From the NCBI GenBank assembly GCA_015660865.1, contig JACTUA010000006.1:151777-215776 (forward strand): 64,000 bases of DNA, read 5' to 3'. The DNA comes from Methanomicrobiales archaeon. GTDB taxonomy: Archaea > Halobacteriota > Methanomicrobia > Methanomicrobiales > JACTUA01. The notes under the pieces are model-generated. The model was not told where the DNA came from and did no database searches. It worked only from the letters and a program-made list of their open reading frames with translations. Position 1 is the first letter of the stretch; each line of letters opens with the position of its first letter. A program made the position numbers and the translations under genes. Below are positions 1 through 9,533 of this stretch, piece by piece.

Positions 1-411
1 CAGGTCGTACTGGTCAGCAACCGGCCACGGGTCCCCCTGCCCCTTCCCGATCCTGCGCTTGACAAAGCTCTTTGCGAGATCCCCGAGAAGGGCTCCCGCG
101 GCGAATGTGATGACGGTGAGGACGGTATGGACGGGAAGGAAGTACCAGTTGAGGTTCCAGCCGGCGAGCGTCTGCACCCAGAGCTCAACCCCTCCGACAG
201 CGACCCCTGCAAGGACCCCCAGGATGAAACCCCTGACGGTCTTCCCGTCGCCGAAGAGCCTGCGCCCGTCGCTCCAGCTTGCGCCCCCGTCGATGGGAGG
301 TCCCCCGCCGAAGATCACCGCGGCCGGATTCGGCACATAGGCCGGAAGCATGATCCAGAGCGCGGAAACGAGGGCGAAGAACCAGGAGTCGATATTAAGT
401 ATGTCAGCCAA
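1..411 (-). CDS. carS: CDP-archaeol synthase (CarS/DUF46 family), 3' end cut by window edge
   Basis: The minus-strand frame is open to position 1 and has a TTG start at 411. Translation reads LADILNIDSWFFALVSALWIMLPAYVPNPAAVIFGGG...DGRRLFGDGKTVRGF...GDLAKSFVKRRIGKGQGDPWPVADQYD, with the FGDGKTxRG and SFxKRR...P..DQ motifs typical of CarS. It is absent from the ORF track because it has no stop codon in the window. Confidence 0.7.
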   Translation of the reverse strand, partial: MADILNIDSWFFALVSALWIMLPAYVPNPAAVIFGGGPPIDGGASWSDGRRLFGDGKTVRGFILGVLAGVAVGGVELWVQTLAGWNLNWYFLPVHTVLTVITFAAGALLGDLAKSFVKRRIGKGQGDPWPVADQYDL

Positions 412-490
412 CAGTTTAGTATAGAGCGTCGCAAAAAAGATTAAGGTATCGAAAAAGACAATACTTCGGGGTTCCCTGGAGCTTTACCTG

Positions 491-1963
491 ATGCTTCTCA
501 AGACGACACGGACTCTCTGCCCTGTCTGCGGTAAGACCATCGCCGCGGAGATCGTCGAGGAGGATGGAAAGGTCTTCTTCGAGCGGACCTGCCCGGAGGA
601 CGGGCATTTCCGGGATCTCTACTGGTCGGATGCCGCGCTCTACCGGCGGTTCGACGAGTTCGAATCGGTCGGATCGGGCCTCGAGAACCCCCAGAATATC
701 GCCCCCAAGGACGGCTGCCCCCGGTACTGCGGCGTCTGCACGAACCACCGTTCGGGGACCCTTCTTGCGAACATCGACCTCACGAACCGCTGCAACCTGA
801 ACTGCGACTTCTGTTTCGTGAATGCCAGGGCCTGCGGATATGTTTATGAACCCAGTTTTGACCAGATCGTGGAGATGCTCACCCTCCTTCGGAATGAGAA
901 GCCCGTCCCCACCCCCGCGGTCCAGTTCTCCGGCGGTGAACCCACCCTCCGGGAGGATCTCCTGGATATCATCCGGAAGGCGAAAGAACTCGGGTTCAAC
1001 CTGGTCCAGATCGCAACAAACGGTGTGAAGATCGCCCGGGACCCCGGGTACGCGAAGTCCCTCAAGGAGGCCGGGCTCTCCACCGTCTACCTGCACTTCG
1101 ACGGGGTGACAAAGGAGACCGACCCCCAGATCGAGAAGCACCGGAAAGCAGTGAAGGTGCTTGACTCGGTCCACCTCGGGGTGGTCCTCGTCCCCACCAT
1201 CATCAAGGGACGAAATGATCACCAGGTGGGGGAGATCATCCGGTTCGCGGCAGACCATATCTCCGTGGTGCGGGGGGTGAACTTCCAGCCCGTGGCCTTC
1301 ACCGGCGCTGCGAGCGACGACGACGTCAGGAAGGCCCGGATCACCATCCCCGAGCTCCTGGAGTGCATCGAGTCACAGACCACGGGCGTGATCCGGAAGG
1401 ACGACTTTTATCCGGTCCCCTGCGTGGTGCCCATCTCGGACCTTGTCGAGGCATACACCGGTAAGCCCCAGATCCGATTCACCGCCCACCAGCACTGCGG
1501 TGCCGCCACCTACGTGTTTGTCACAGACAAAGGTATGGTCCCCATCAACAGGATGGTGGACGTCGACAAGTTCTTCTCGGCCGTGAAAAAGATGACCGAG
1601 AACCTGAAGAAGGGCGGGCAGATCAACAAGTACCTGACCCTCCTCGAGGGTGTCAACAACCTCCGGAACTCGGTGAAGAAGGCGGACAACGCGGGGTTTC
1701 CCAAGATCTGGAAGGTCCTCGCAGGCGCCCTCCTCTTCCAGAACTTCGACGCCCTGCGGGACTTCCACTGGAACTCGCTCTTCATCGGCACCATGCACTT
1801 CATGGACCGGTACAACTATGACCTCTCCCGGGTCCAGCGGTGCTGCATCCACTATGCCACTCCCGAAGGAAGGATCATCCCATTCTGCACATACAACAGC
1901 GGCCCCGTGTACAGGGACGAGATCTGGCGCAAGCACTCGAGGCCGCTCCGGAAAGAAGACTGA
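491..1963 (+). CDS. Radical SAM protein with N-terminal zinc ribbon, MJ0619 / tetraether lipid synthase (Tes, GDGT-MAS)-like family
   Basis: 490 aa. It has an N-terminal CPVCGK...CPEDGH ribbon and a radical SAM cluster motif, NRCNLNCDFCF. Its size and architecture match the MJ0619-type enzymes. It lies adjacent to and divergent from carS. Confidence 0.6.
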   Translation: MLLKTTRTLCPVCGKTIAAEIVEEDGKVFFERTCPEDGHFRDLYWSDAALYRRFDEFESVGSGLENPQNIAPKDGCPRYCGVCTNHRSGTLLANIDLTNRCNLNCDFCFVNARACGYVYEPSFDQIVEMLTLLRNEKPVPTPAVQFSGGEPTLREDLLDIIRKAKELGFNLVQIATNGVKIARDPGYAKSLKEAGLSTVYLHFDGVTKETDPQIEKHRKAVKVLDSVHLGVVLVPTIIKGRNDHQVGEIIRFAADHISVVRGVNFQPVAFTGAASDDDVRKARITIPELLECIESQTTGVIRKDDFYPVPCVVPISDLVEAYTGKPQIRFTAHQHCGAATYVFVTDKGMVPINRMVDVDKFFSAVKKMTENLKKGGQINKYLTLLEGVNNLRNSVKKADNAGFPKIWKVLAGALLFQNFDALRDFHWNSLFIGTMHFMDRYNYDLSRVQRCCIHYATPEGRIIPFCTYNSGPVYRDEIWRKHSRPLRKED

Positions 1964-1965
1964 CG

Positions 1966-2922
1966 TCAGGGGAAGGGCAGCTCGACCCACTTCCCCCCGG
2001 CCATCGCGAGCCCTGCTATTGCGAGGTCCTGGATCGCGAGCCCGGTCGAGTCAAAGACTGTTATCTCGTCCGGCTTCTTCCTCCCCTTCACCCCGACGAC
2101 CACCTCGCCCAGGGTCCCGGCGATGTCATGGGCATGGAAGAGCCCCTTTGTGATGGGGACGTTGATCTCTCCAGAGTGGATAGCCTGAGGCCGGTCGTCC
2201 ACAAAGACCTTCGCCCTCTTCAGGATGAGGGGATCGAGCTCCTCCTTCCCGGGGGCATCCGCCCCGATGGCGTTGATATGGGTCCCCTCATGAATCCACT
2301 CGTGCATCACGATGGGTTTCCTTGACGGCGTCGTGGTGACCACCACGTCGGCATCGCAGGCCTTCTCGATGGAGGTAGAGGTGCAGGAGTAGTCCCTGAA
2401 CCTGGCGGCGAAGGCGAGGGCATTCTTCTCCTCACGGGACCAGACCCGTATCCCGGTTATCGTGAGCTCCTTCGAGATCGCCTCCACCTGGGACTCCGCC
2501 TGTTTCCCGCTCCCGATGACCCCGAGGATCACCTCCTTCTTCGGGGAGAGGTATTTCGCTGCGATCGCGCCGGCTGCACCGGTCCGCATATCGGTCAGGC
2601 GCGTCGCATTGATGATGGCTTTCGGGATCCCGGTATCCACGTCAAGGATAACCGTGAGGGCCATGACCGTGGGGAGCCCTGCCGCGCGGTTATCGGGGTG
2701 GACGTTCACGATCTTGACCCCCGCAATTCCGAGAGAAGGAACATAGGCGGGCATGGTCCTGAAGTCCCCGTGATCGAAGGTGATGTACACCTTCGGGGGC
2801 ATCTGGACATGCCCCCTCGCATGCTCCCGGAAGACCGCCTCCACGGCCCGGTTGACCTGCTCATAGTTGAGGGTCTCATCGCTGTCATGGTAATAGCGCA
2901 TAGCCGTATCCTCCGCTCTCAT
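1966..2922 (-). CDS. Ornithine cyclodeaminase / mu-crystallin family protein (archaeal alanine dehydrogenase-like)
   Basis: 318 aa with a Rossmann motif (VIGSGKQA) and the typical OCD family stretches RTGAAGAIAAKYL and NAIGADAPGKEELD. The start could instead be the ATG at 2901. Confidence 0.75.
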   Translation of the reverse strand: MRAEDTAMRYYHDSDETLNYEQVNRAVEAVFREHARGHVQMPPKVYITFDHGDFRTMPAYVPSLGIAGVKIVNVHPDNRAAGLPTVMALTVILDVDTGIPKAIINATRLTDMRTGAAGAIAAKYLSPKKEVILGVIGSGKQAESQVEAISKELTITGIRVWSREEKNALAFAARFRDYSCTSTSIEKACDADVVVTTTPSRKPIVMHEWIHEGTHINAIGADAPGKEELDPLILKRAKVFVDDRPQAIHSGEINVPITKGLFHAHDIAGTLGEVVVGVKGRKKPDEITVFDSTGLAIQDLAIAGLAMAGGKWVELPFP

Positions 2923-3077
2923 GAGAAAAGATACTTTTGGAGGGTGGTTCGTGATCAGAAGAAGCTTGCCTGCATTACGTGGACGCGTTCGGTGGCTTCA
3001 AGCCCGGGGCCTCATCATCCCCGATTGTGATAGGCCATGTATTCGGGGAACCACCGGATCAGGAGGTACCCGGAAAT

Positions 3078-3253
3078 GGGGGGGATGCCCGTGCGGCGGG
3101 GGGCGGGTGAGCCCCCTAAGAGCACCCAGAAAAAGGAAGATGCAGATAACTGATTCCCGCTCATCGGCTGACTTTGCAGCCGATTTCCGGACGCTCCTGG
3201 GGGCTGCGCTTCGCTTGCCCCCGCCGCTGCGGCGTCCCCCGAATTGCGATAGC
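3078..3253. repeat. GC-rich extragenic palindromic repeat, copy A (modules in permuted order relative to copies B and C)
   Basis: Positions 3078-3126 (gggggggatgcccgtgcggcggggggcgggtgagccccctaagagcaccc) are the reverse complement of the L module of copies B/C. Positions 3188-3253 (cggacgctcctggggg...gcccccgccgctgcggcgtccccc) are the reverse complement of the R module. An 8-bp hairpin, atcggctg/cagccgat, lies in the spacer at 3163-3184. Confidence 0.8.
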
Positions 3254-3345
3254 CTTGCTACGAGGTTAACAGAGACAATGCGAGATGAAAGTACGCAAAG
3301 GGAAGAATCGCAGTAATTGAAAAAATAGAATAATTCCAGCCGGTT

Positions 3346-3630
3346 TTACTTCAGGTTCTCGATCTCTTTTAACGTCTTCTCGGCGAGCTCCCGCATCCTC
3401 GCCGAGATCCTGCCCGAGGCGCCGAACTCCACGTCCCTCATTGCGTTGGCAAGCTCAGTCCCGAGGATGAAGATGGCGTACTTGTGCTCCATCTTCGAGC
3501 GGTGGACCTGGGAGGGATCGATCTTGAGGGCGTAGTACTGGGAGAACTTGAGTTCCGGGTTGATCTTCTCGAAGAAGTCCTTGATCTCCACCATCATCTG
3601 GTGAAGGGTGATGAGCTCTTCCTTGTGCAT
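3346..3630 (-). CDS. UPF0058 family small conserved archaeal protein
   Basis: MHKEELITLHQMMVEIKDFFEKINPELKF... is typical of UPF0058 proteins. The track ORF begins at a TTG at 3684, which abuts the dnaG stop. The ATG at 3630 is preferred as the start. Confidence 0.6.
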   Translation of the reverse strand: MHKEELITLHQMMVEIKDFFEKINPELKFSQYYALKIDPSQVHRSKMEHKYAIFILGTELANAMRDVEFGASGRISARMRELAEKTLKEIENLK

Positions 3631-3684
3631 CGTCCGGCCTCGCGTAAGAGAATGGTGGATTTGATCATAAAAAGATTTGGTCAA

Positions 3685-4905
3685 TCAGGAGATCTGGGCA
3701 AATTTAAGGAGTTTTAAGGGTAAAGGGCGTTTTATAATGCCTTTGAAGTCCCGGGCGAGGATGAACTCGATCCCCTTCTGGGCGATCTGGTCGATGAGCC
3801 TCTGGTCAACGACCTGGTCTGCAACGATCCCCGTTACATCGCCCTTCACGGCCGAGAGGCCCCTCTCCATATCCCCTGCACGGACCTCCGCAAGAACGGA
3901 GAAGTCCGGAGAGATGAACCGGGCCAGGCCCTGGCCGGAGACCTCGTTTACATGGTCCCTCAGGCTGTAGCCGCCTCTCACGGGGGCCTCCCGCTTCCTG
4001 GACGGCCCCTCACGCTCGCGCACGGGCTGCGCGGGTTCCGGGGTTGGCGCCTTCGGGAGCCTTCCCTCGAGAGGCTTCTCGGCGAGCTGCTCCCTGACGA
4101 ACTCGACGGGCACCTTGTTCCTCAGGGATTTCGTCACCTCTTTCCGGGAGAGATCCTCGACCGATCTCCCGCGCGGGGCAAAGGCCGCATAATCGATATC
4201 CGCCACCTGGAGGAGCTCCCGGAGGATGAGCTCGCCACCCCGGTCGCCGTCCAGGAACGAGGTCGCGGTCTTCGTCTGGCAGAGGTCCACGATGGTGGCC
4301 GGGACCTTGGTCCCTTCGACGGCGACGGCATTCTTGATGCCGTATCTGAGGAGGGTGATGACATCGGCACGCCCCTCCACGATGATGATGGCATCCGAGT
4401 CAAGGACATTCGGGCCGGCCGGGATCCGGTCGGGCCCGATCTCGCTCACCTTCTCGATCCGGAGGGAATCCCGCACGTCATCGAGGAGCACGGTGCTGTC
4501 GATGGACCCCTCGTCGAACCTGTCGATGAGGAGCTCCTTCGCCCGGTCCACGATCATCTTCCGCTTCGTGACCCGGATGTCCTCGATCTTCTCGACCGAG
4601 ACATGGGCGACGCACGGGCCCACGCGGTCGATGGTCTCGAGGGATGCCGCAAGGATGGCGGTCTCTGCCCGGTCGAGAGATGAAGCTATGAGGATCTCTC
4701 CCTTGGTCTCGCCCTTCTTGCTCGCGATCTGGACATCGATCCGTCCGACGCGACCGGTCCTCTGGAGATCACGCAGATCCAGGTCTTCGCCGAGTAATCC
4801 TTCAGTCTGGCCGAAGATGGCCCCGACTACGTCGGATTTCTCGACCACCCCCTCTGCGTGAAGGTTGATACGAATGAGATACTTGGTAGTGTCAGATGAG
4901 TACAC
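3685..4905 (-). CDS. dnaG: Archaeal DnaG-type primase (TOPRIM domain, exosome-associated)
   Basis: 406 aa with the conserved N-terminus [32 protein letters not shown] and a TOPRIM block, [26 protein letters not shown]...[11 protein letters not shown]. Confidence 0.9.
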   Translation of the reverse strand: MYSSDTTKYLIRINLHAEGVVEKSDVVGAIFGQTEGLLGEDLDLRDLQRTGRVGRIDVQIASKKGETKGEILIASSLDRAETAILAASLETIDRVGPCVAHVSVEKIEDIRVTKRKMIVDRAKELLIDRFDEGSIDSTVLLDDVRDSLRIEKVSEIGPDRIPAGPNVLDSDAIIIVEGRADVITLLRYGIKNAVAVEGTKVPATIVDLCQTKTATSFLDGDRGGELILRELLQVADIDYAAFAPRGRSVEDLSRKEVTKSLRNKVPVEFVREQLAEKPLEGRLPKAPTPEPAQPVREREGPSRKREAPVRGGYSLRDHVNEVSGQGLARFISPDFSVLAEVRAGDMERGLSAVKGDVTGIVADQVVDQRLIDQIAQKGIEFILARDFKGIIKRPLPLKLLKFAQIS

Positions 4906-5069
4906 GTTAAACCACCCTCCCCCTCAGGGAAGGTTCCCCCATGATTCATGCAGGATGAACAGAGCGTGAACATAGGTATAATATTATATATTTTTTGGAA
5001 TTATTTAAAACAGATGTATGGACCGGGCATGTGCATGGGGACCGCAGATCTCCCATTCGAGCAACTTTG

Positions 5070-5384
5070 TCAGAGAAACTGTCCGAGCCTCTCCAGAACT
5101 TCCTCCCTCGTGATCCCATCAATCCTCACCCGTTTCCGGGATTGCGTGGCGCCCGAGACGACCTGCACCGAGCTGCTCGGGACTCCCAGGATCCGGGCAA
5201 TGGACTCAGCTACCTCACGGTTTGCCTTCCCCTGAACCGGAGGGGACCGGACAGCGCAGCGGAGACTCTTCCTCCAGGGATCGTAGCCCGAGATAAACTT
5301 CTCCCTGCCGCTCGAAGGCGATACCTCGATGGCAAGGATCACCCCTGTCCCGCTCTCTGTCACGGCATCACCAAAGGAGTTCAT
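5070..5384 (-). CDS. DUF167 / UPF0235 (YggU-like) protein
   Basis: VILAIEVSPSSGREKF...AVRSPPVQGKANREVAESIARILGVPSSSVQVVSGATQSRKRVRI matches the YggU family pattern. The internal ATG at 5384 is preferred over the longer track start. Confidence 0.65.
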   Translation of the reverse strand: MNSFGDAVTESGTGVILAIEVSPSSGREKFISGYDPWRKSLRCAVRSPPVQGKANREVAESIARILGVPSSSVQVVSGATQSRKRVRIDGITREEVLERLGQFL

Positions 5385-5599
5385 GGGGGCTCCAGGGTCT
5401 CTTGGAAAAGGAAGGTGTCGCCCGGCATTAACAAACATGGATCACAAGCGGCATTCTGCCCCTCTTCACCCGTTTAACGCCTCATGCCGGGCGGTGCCTG
5501 TCGCGCGCCCGGGTTGTCCCGTGGATCACGGAAGGCATATACCCATCCTCACCCGGGGACCTATGGGCGCGGCATATCGGCACGATCCGGTGTTGTATC

Positions 5600-6853
5600 T
5601 CAGGGGATATAACCCCTTCCCGGGAACCACCTGTTCTCACCCCTGGAGAAATCGCCGCTCTGGAATACGATTCTTCCAGCGAGTATTACGGTCTCCGGAA
5701 ATACCGCCTTCTTCCCCTCGAACGGCGTCCACCCGCACCTGCTGTGAAGGTTCTCGGCCTGTACCGTGGTTACCTCACGTGGATACAGGGCGAAATCAGC
5801 ACGGTCTCCCGGTGAGAACCCCGGGGCAGGGATCCCCAGGAGGGAACATGGGTTCGCAGATGTCTTCGCGATGAGGGGCCCCAGGGTGATCTCCCCTGAA
5901 AGAACCTTCGGGAGGAGAAGGGGAATCATGGTCTCGACACCCGGCACGCCCGCCGGCGCAGCGGCAAAGTCAAGCGACTTCTCCTTGGAGGTATGAGGTG
6001 CATGGTCAGAGGCGAGGACGGATATCCTGTCCCATGAAGCAAAGAGCCTCGCACGGTCAGCAGCTTTACGGAGAGGAGGGTTCACCTTCCCCCTCGGATC
6101 GTTCAGCCGGAAATCTATCTGCGAGAGGAGGAGGTGGTGGGGAGTGACCTCCGAGGTATACGGGACCGTGGCATCAACGGCCTCAGATGTTGAAAGGTGG
6201 CAGAAGTGGAGGCGCATTCCTGTCGGAGCCATCCCCTTCACATCCTCTACCGCCCTGACCTCCCCTTCAGGTGACCGGCTCACACTATGTGTAGCGAGGT
6301 CAGGGGACCGGGTCTCCAGGATCTTCTCTGCATGGATGGTGGCAAGCACCCCCAGAGCATGGATCTCCCCGAGAAGCCCACTCATCCCATCGGGGGAGAC
6401 TCCGCCGATGCCCGTTGAGGGGGAGAGGAAGATCTCCCCAAATGCCATCGCCCCGGACCTCCAGAGGTCCTGCAAGGGCGCTCCAGGAACGGCCCCGGCG
6501 TTCACCGCGAAATGGCAGAGGGAGTCCCTTTCTGCTTCTTTTACCCGTGCCCGAAAGGCCTCCACCGTGGTGAGGGGAGGGTCGGTGTTCGGCTGGTCGA
6601 CGACAAGGGTCACCCCGCCTGCAAGGGCAGCCCGGCTACCGGTCCCCCAGTCCTCCTTGCGGGATTCGCGGGACCCTCCCCGCATGTGGACGTGCATGTC
6701 CACCCCGCCCGGAAGGACGAGGAGGCCCGAGCAGTCGATGGTCTTGCCGGCCCTTCCGCCCGCGCCGGCGTGGACCACCAGGCCCCGGGACACAGATATA
6801 TCAACAACTCTCCCTTCAGGGAGCTTGACGTTCTTCAGGAAAAGGTCTAGCAT
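5600..6853 (-). CDS. pyrC: Dihydroorotase
   Basis: 417 aa amidohydrolase with the metal-binding motif GGVDMHVHMRGG, plus DQPNTDPP and ASDHAPH, which are typical of archaeal PyrC. Confidence 0.85.
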   Translation of the reverse strand: MLDLFLKNVKLPEGRVVDISVSRGLVVHAGAGGRAGKTIDCSGLLVLPGGVDMHVHMRGGSRESRKEDWGTGSRAALAGGVTLVVDQPNTDPPLTTVEAFRARVKEAERDSLCHFAVNAGAVPGAPLQDLWRSGAMAFGEIFLSPSTGIGGVSPDGMSGLLGEIHALGVLATIHAEKILETRSPDLATHSVSRSPEGEVRAVEDVKGMAPTGMRLHFCHLSTSEAVDATVPYTSEVTPHHLLLSQIDFRLNDPRGKVNPPLRKAADRARLFASWDRISVLASDHAPHTSKEKSLDFAAAPAGVPGVETMIPLLLPKVLSGEITLGPLIAKTSANPCSLLGIPAPGFSPGDRADFALYPREVTTVQAENLHSRCGWTPFEGKKAVFPETVILAGRIVFQSGDFSRGENRWFPGRGYIP

Positions 6854-7842
6854 ACCCTCGGCACCGGGTCGCCGAGAGGTGGCTCGATGAACCGCTCGCC
6901 GCCGATCCTGGTTCTCATGATAACCCGGTTCCCTTCCACCACCTTCCCCACGATGGCGGCCTCCTTTCCATACTTATGGGTGCGGAGGGCCGAGAGGACG
7001 GACTCTGCGTCGCCGGGGGCTACCGCCATCACGATCTTCCCCTCGTTCGCCACCTCTAGGGGATCGATCCCGAGCATCTCGGAGGCGCTCCGGACCGACC
7101 TCCTTACAGGGAGGGCGTCCTCTTCTATGATAACCCCTGTCCGGCTCTTCCTCGCCATGTCGTTGATGGCATGGGCGAACCCTCCACGGGTCGGGTCCTT
7201 CATGGCATGGACGTCCCCCGCCGCAAGGGCGAGCTCAACGAGCCCCCAGACCGGGGCAACGTCCGAGCGGATCTGCTCCCCGAATTCGAACCCCTCCCTG
7301 TGGGTGAGGACGGCGAGCCCGTGGTCGCCCAGAGTCCCGGTAACGATAATCCGGTCGCCGGGCCGGAAGCCGTTGTCCCTGACAACCTTCTCGGCGATAC
7401 CGATCCCTGCGGTGTTAATGGCGATCTTATCGAGAGCCCCGCGTTCCACGACCTTGGTGTCACCTGTGACCAGGTGGGCACCCGACTCGGTGAGGGCTTC
7501 ATCCATGGACCTGACGATCCGCTCCAGGTCGATGATCTCGAAGCCCTCCTCGATGATCATCCCGCAGGAGAGGGCGAGGGGCCGGCCGCCCATGACCGCG
7601 AGGTCGTTCACCGTGCCACAGATGGCGATCCTTCCGATGTCCCCGCCCGGGAAGAAGATGGGCCTGACCACATGGGAGTCGGTGGTGAAGACGACGTTCT
7701 TGTCCCCGACGGGGATCACCGCGCCGTCATCCAGGGACTCGAGGCCGATCCCGCCGGCGTTCCGGTTCTTCACGTTCGTGAGGGTCCTCAGGAGCTCCCC
7801 CATCGTCTCCCCGCCGGCCCCGTGGGCAAGGTTCACCTTCAT
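6847..7842 (-). CDS. hypE: Hydrogenase maturation protein HypE
   Basis: The protein starts MKVNLAHGAGGETMGELL and ends in PRVC, the HypE C-terminal cysteine motif. The start ATG at 7842 overlaps the hypA stop as ATGA. The 125-codon upstream extension in the track ORF overlaps hypA and is rejected. Confidence 0.9.
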   Translation of the reverse strand: MKVNLAHGAGGETMGELLRTLTNVKNRNAGGIGLESLDDGAVIPVGDKNVVFTTDSHVVRPIFFPGGDIGRIAICGTVNDLAVMGGRPLALSCGMIIEEGFEIIDLERIVRSMDEALTESGAHLVTGDTKVVERGALDKIAINTAGIGIAEKVVRDNGFRPGDRIIVTGTLGDHGLAVLTHREGFEFGEQIRSDVAPVWGLVELALAAGDVHAMKDPTRGGFAHAINDMARKSRTGVIIEEDALPVRRSVRSASEMLGIDPLEVANEGKIVMAVAPGDAESVLSALRTHKYGKEAAIVGKVVEGNRVIMRTRIGGERFIEPPLGDPVPRVC

Positions 7843-8180
7843 GCCCCGTCCACGTCTATCTCGAGGGAGGTGACCACGATCTCCCGGCCCTGCGTGAGCT
7901 CCGGCATCGCCCCGCACGTCGGGCAGACGAAGACCTCGTCCCCCTCGTACCCGCAGACGCAGCGGGCCTTCGGGACCACCGGCCGGCAGTCGAGAGTAGC
8001 CCCCTTGAAGAGGGGGTCGTCCTCGCTGATCGCCAAAAAAAGGAACTCGACCTGCTCGGGGTTGACGAGCGCCATCTCGCCGATATCCACGTGGATCCTC
8101 TTCACCAGGTTCGCTTTGTTCTCCAGTGCAGCACGCCTCGCGGTTGTATAGATGTCGTAGGCGATGCTGTACTCGTGCAT
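7839..8180 (-). CDS. hypA: Hydrogenase nickel incorporation protein HypA
   Basis: 113 aa with the N-terminal MHE motif and the zinc site CVCG...CPTCG. Confidence 0.9.
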   Translation of the reverse strand: MHEYSIAYDIYTTARRAALENKANLVKRIHVDIGEMALVNPEQVEFLFLAISEDDPLFKGATLDCRPVVPKARCVCGYEGDEVFVCPTCGAMPELTQGREIVVTSLEIDVDGA

Positions 8181-8384
8181 TCGGACACCAGGATTGATTC
8201 TTTCCTATTTTCCCCAACTTCTGACCATGATTGAGGGAGGCCCATCAATCTCACTCATACGTTGGAGGGGAGAATAAAAAAGGGTTAGCCTTCGGGTGGT
8301 ATCGGCTTCAGTTGCCGGTCTCGGGGAGTTCGTGGGTACGGCACATTTGAATAGAGCCAGAATAAAAATGAATAATAGAACTCC

Positions 8385-9533
8385 ATGCCATCCTCTCTTC
8401 AGAGCCTCGACTTTTTTCAGGACTCATACGAGCTCCGTATCGCCCAGCTGAAAGAAGAGAGAGGAAAGGGAATAAAAATCGTGGGGACCTTCTGCCTCTA
8501 TGTTCCGGATGAGATCATCTTTGCTGCGGGTGCTGACCGGATCGTGCTCTGTGGCGGCAAAGCCGATACGATCTCCGTGGCAGAGCAATCGCTTCCAAGA
8601 AACATATGCCCGCTGATCAAATCCTCGTTCGGGGCGGTGGTCGACGCATACTGCGGGGGAAACCTGGCGTGCTCCCATGTCCCCCTGGTCGACGTGGTGG
8701 TTGCAGAAGCGACATGCGACGGGAAGAAGAAGATGTACGAGATCCTCCCTGATTACCTCCCCACGTATGTCCTGGACCTCCCGCAGAAACCAGGGAGCCC
8801 TGAGGCCCTGGACTACTTCCTCTCAGAGCTCCGGAAGTTCGGGAAGTTCATGGAGCGCCTGACGGGAAACGTCGTGAGCAACGATGCTCTGAAGCGCGAA
8901 ATCGGGTCGGCCAATGAGACAAGGCGGCTCCTCCACCGGCTCTTCGAGCTGAGGAGGCGGGACCCGCCCCCGATCAGGGGGTCCGAAGTCCTCCGGGTGA
9001 TGCAGAAACAGTTCTTTCTCTCTCCCGATCAGTTCAGGCAGGGTGTCAGCCGGCTCTGCGACGAGATGAAGCACGCCACACCGGACACCCGGACCGGGCC
9101 GAGGATCATGATCTCGGGGTGCCCGATGGCGGCAGGGAATACGAAAGTTGCGGACATTATCGAACAGAAGGGCGGGGTAATCGTGGTTGAAGAGAGCTGC
9201 ACCGGAACGAGGTCGTTCTGGGACCTCGTTGACGAGGATGCAGACCCCTGGAAGGCCCTCGCGGAGCGGTACCTGGAGATCCCCTGCGCATGCATGACCC
9301 CCAATGACCAGCGGGTCGCCCGTATCGTGGATCTCGCGAAACAGTATGATGTCCGGGGCGTGGTGTATTACACCCTGCAGTTCTGCCACGCGTACAATAT
9401 CGAACGTCTCCGGGTGCAGAAGGCCCTGAAGAAGGAGAAGATTCCATTGCTTGCGATCGAGTCCGATTACGGGGATTCGGACCTGGAACAGATTGGGATC
9501 CGGGTCGATGCGTTCATGGAGATGATCGCGTGA
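8385..9533 (+). CDS. 2-hydroxyacyl-CoA dehydratase / BcrC-BadD-HgdB family protein (double-cubane cluster protein-like)
   Basis: 382 aa with family-typical Cys positions (FCLYVPDE, EATCDGKKK, ISGCP, EESCTG). It is followed with a GTGA overlap by its activase-type ATPase. Confidence 0.75.
   Translation: MPSSLQSLDFFQDSYELRIAQLKEERGKGIKIVGTFCLYVPDEIIFAAGADRIVLCGGKADTISVAEQSLPRNICPLIKSSFGAVVDAYCGGNLACSHVPLVDVVVAEATCDGKKKMYEILPDYLPTYVLDLPQKPGSPEALDYFLSELRKFGKFMERLTGNVVSNDALKREIGSANETRRLLHRLFELRRRDPPPIRGSEVLRVMQKQFFLSPDQFRQGVSRLCDEMKHATPDTRTGPRIMISGCPMAAGNTKVADIIEQKGGVIVVEESCTGTRSFWDLVDEDADPWKALAERYLEIPCACMTPNDQRVARIVDLAKQYDVRGVVYYTLQFCHAYNIERLRVQKALKKEKIPLLAIESDYGDSDLEQIGIRVDAFMEMIA

Noticed and set aside
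7843-8217. 5' extension of the hypE ORF (track ORF 6847-8217).
   Set aside because: It overlaps hypA in another frame. HypE homologs start at MKVNLAHGAGGE, and an ATGA overlap with hypA at 7839-7842 supports the shorter gene.
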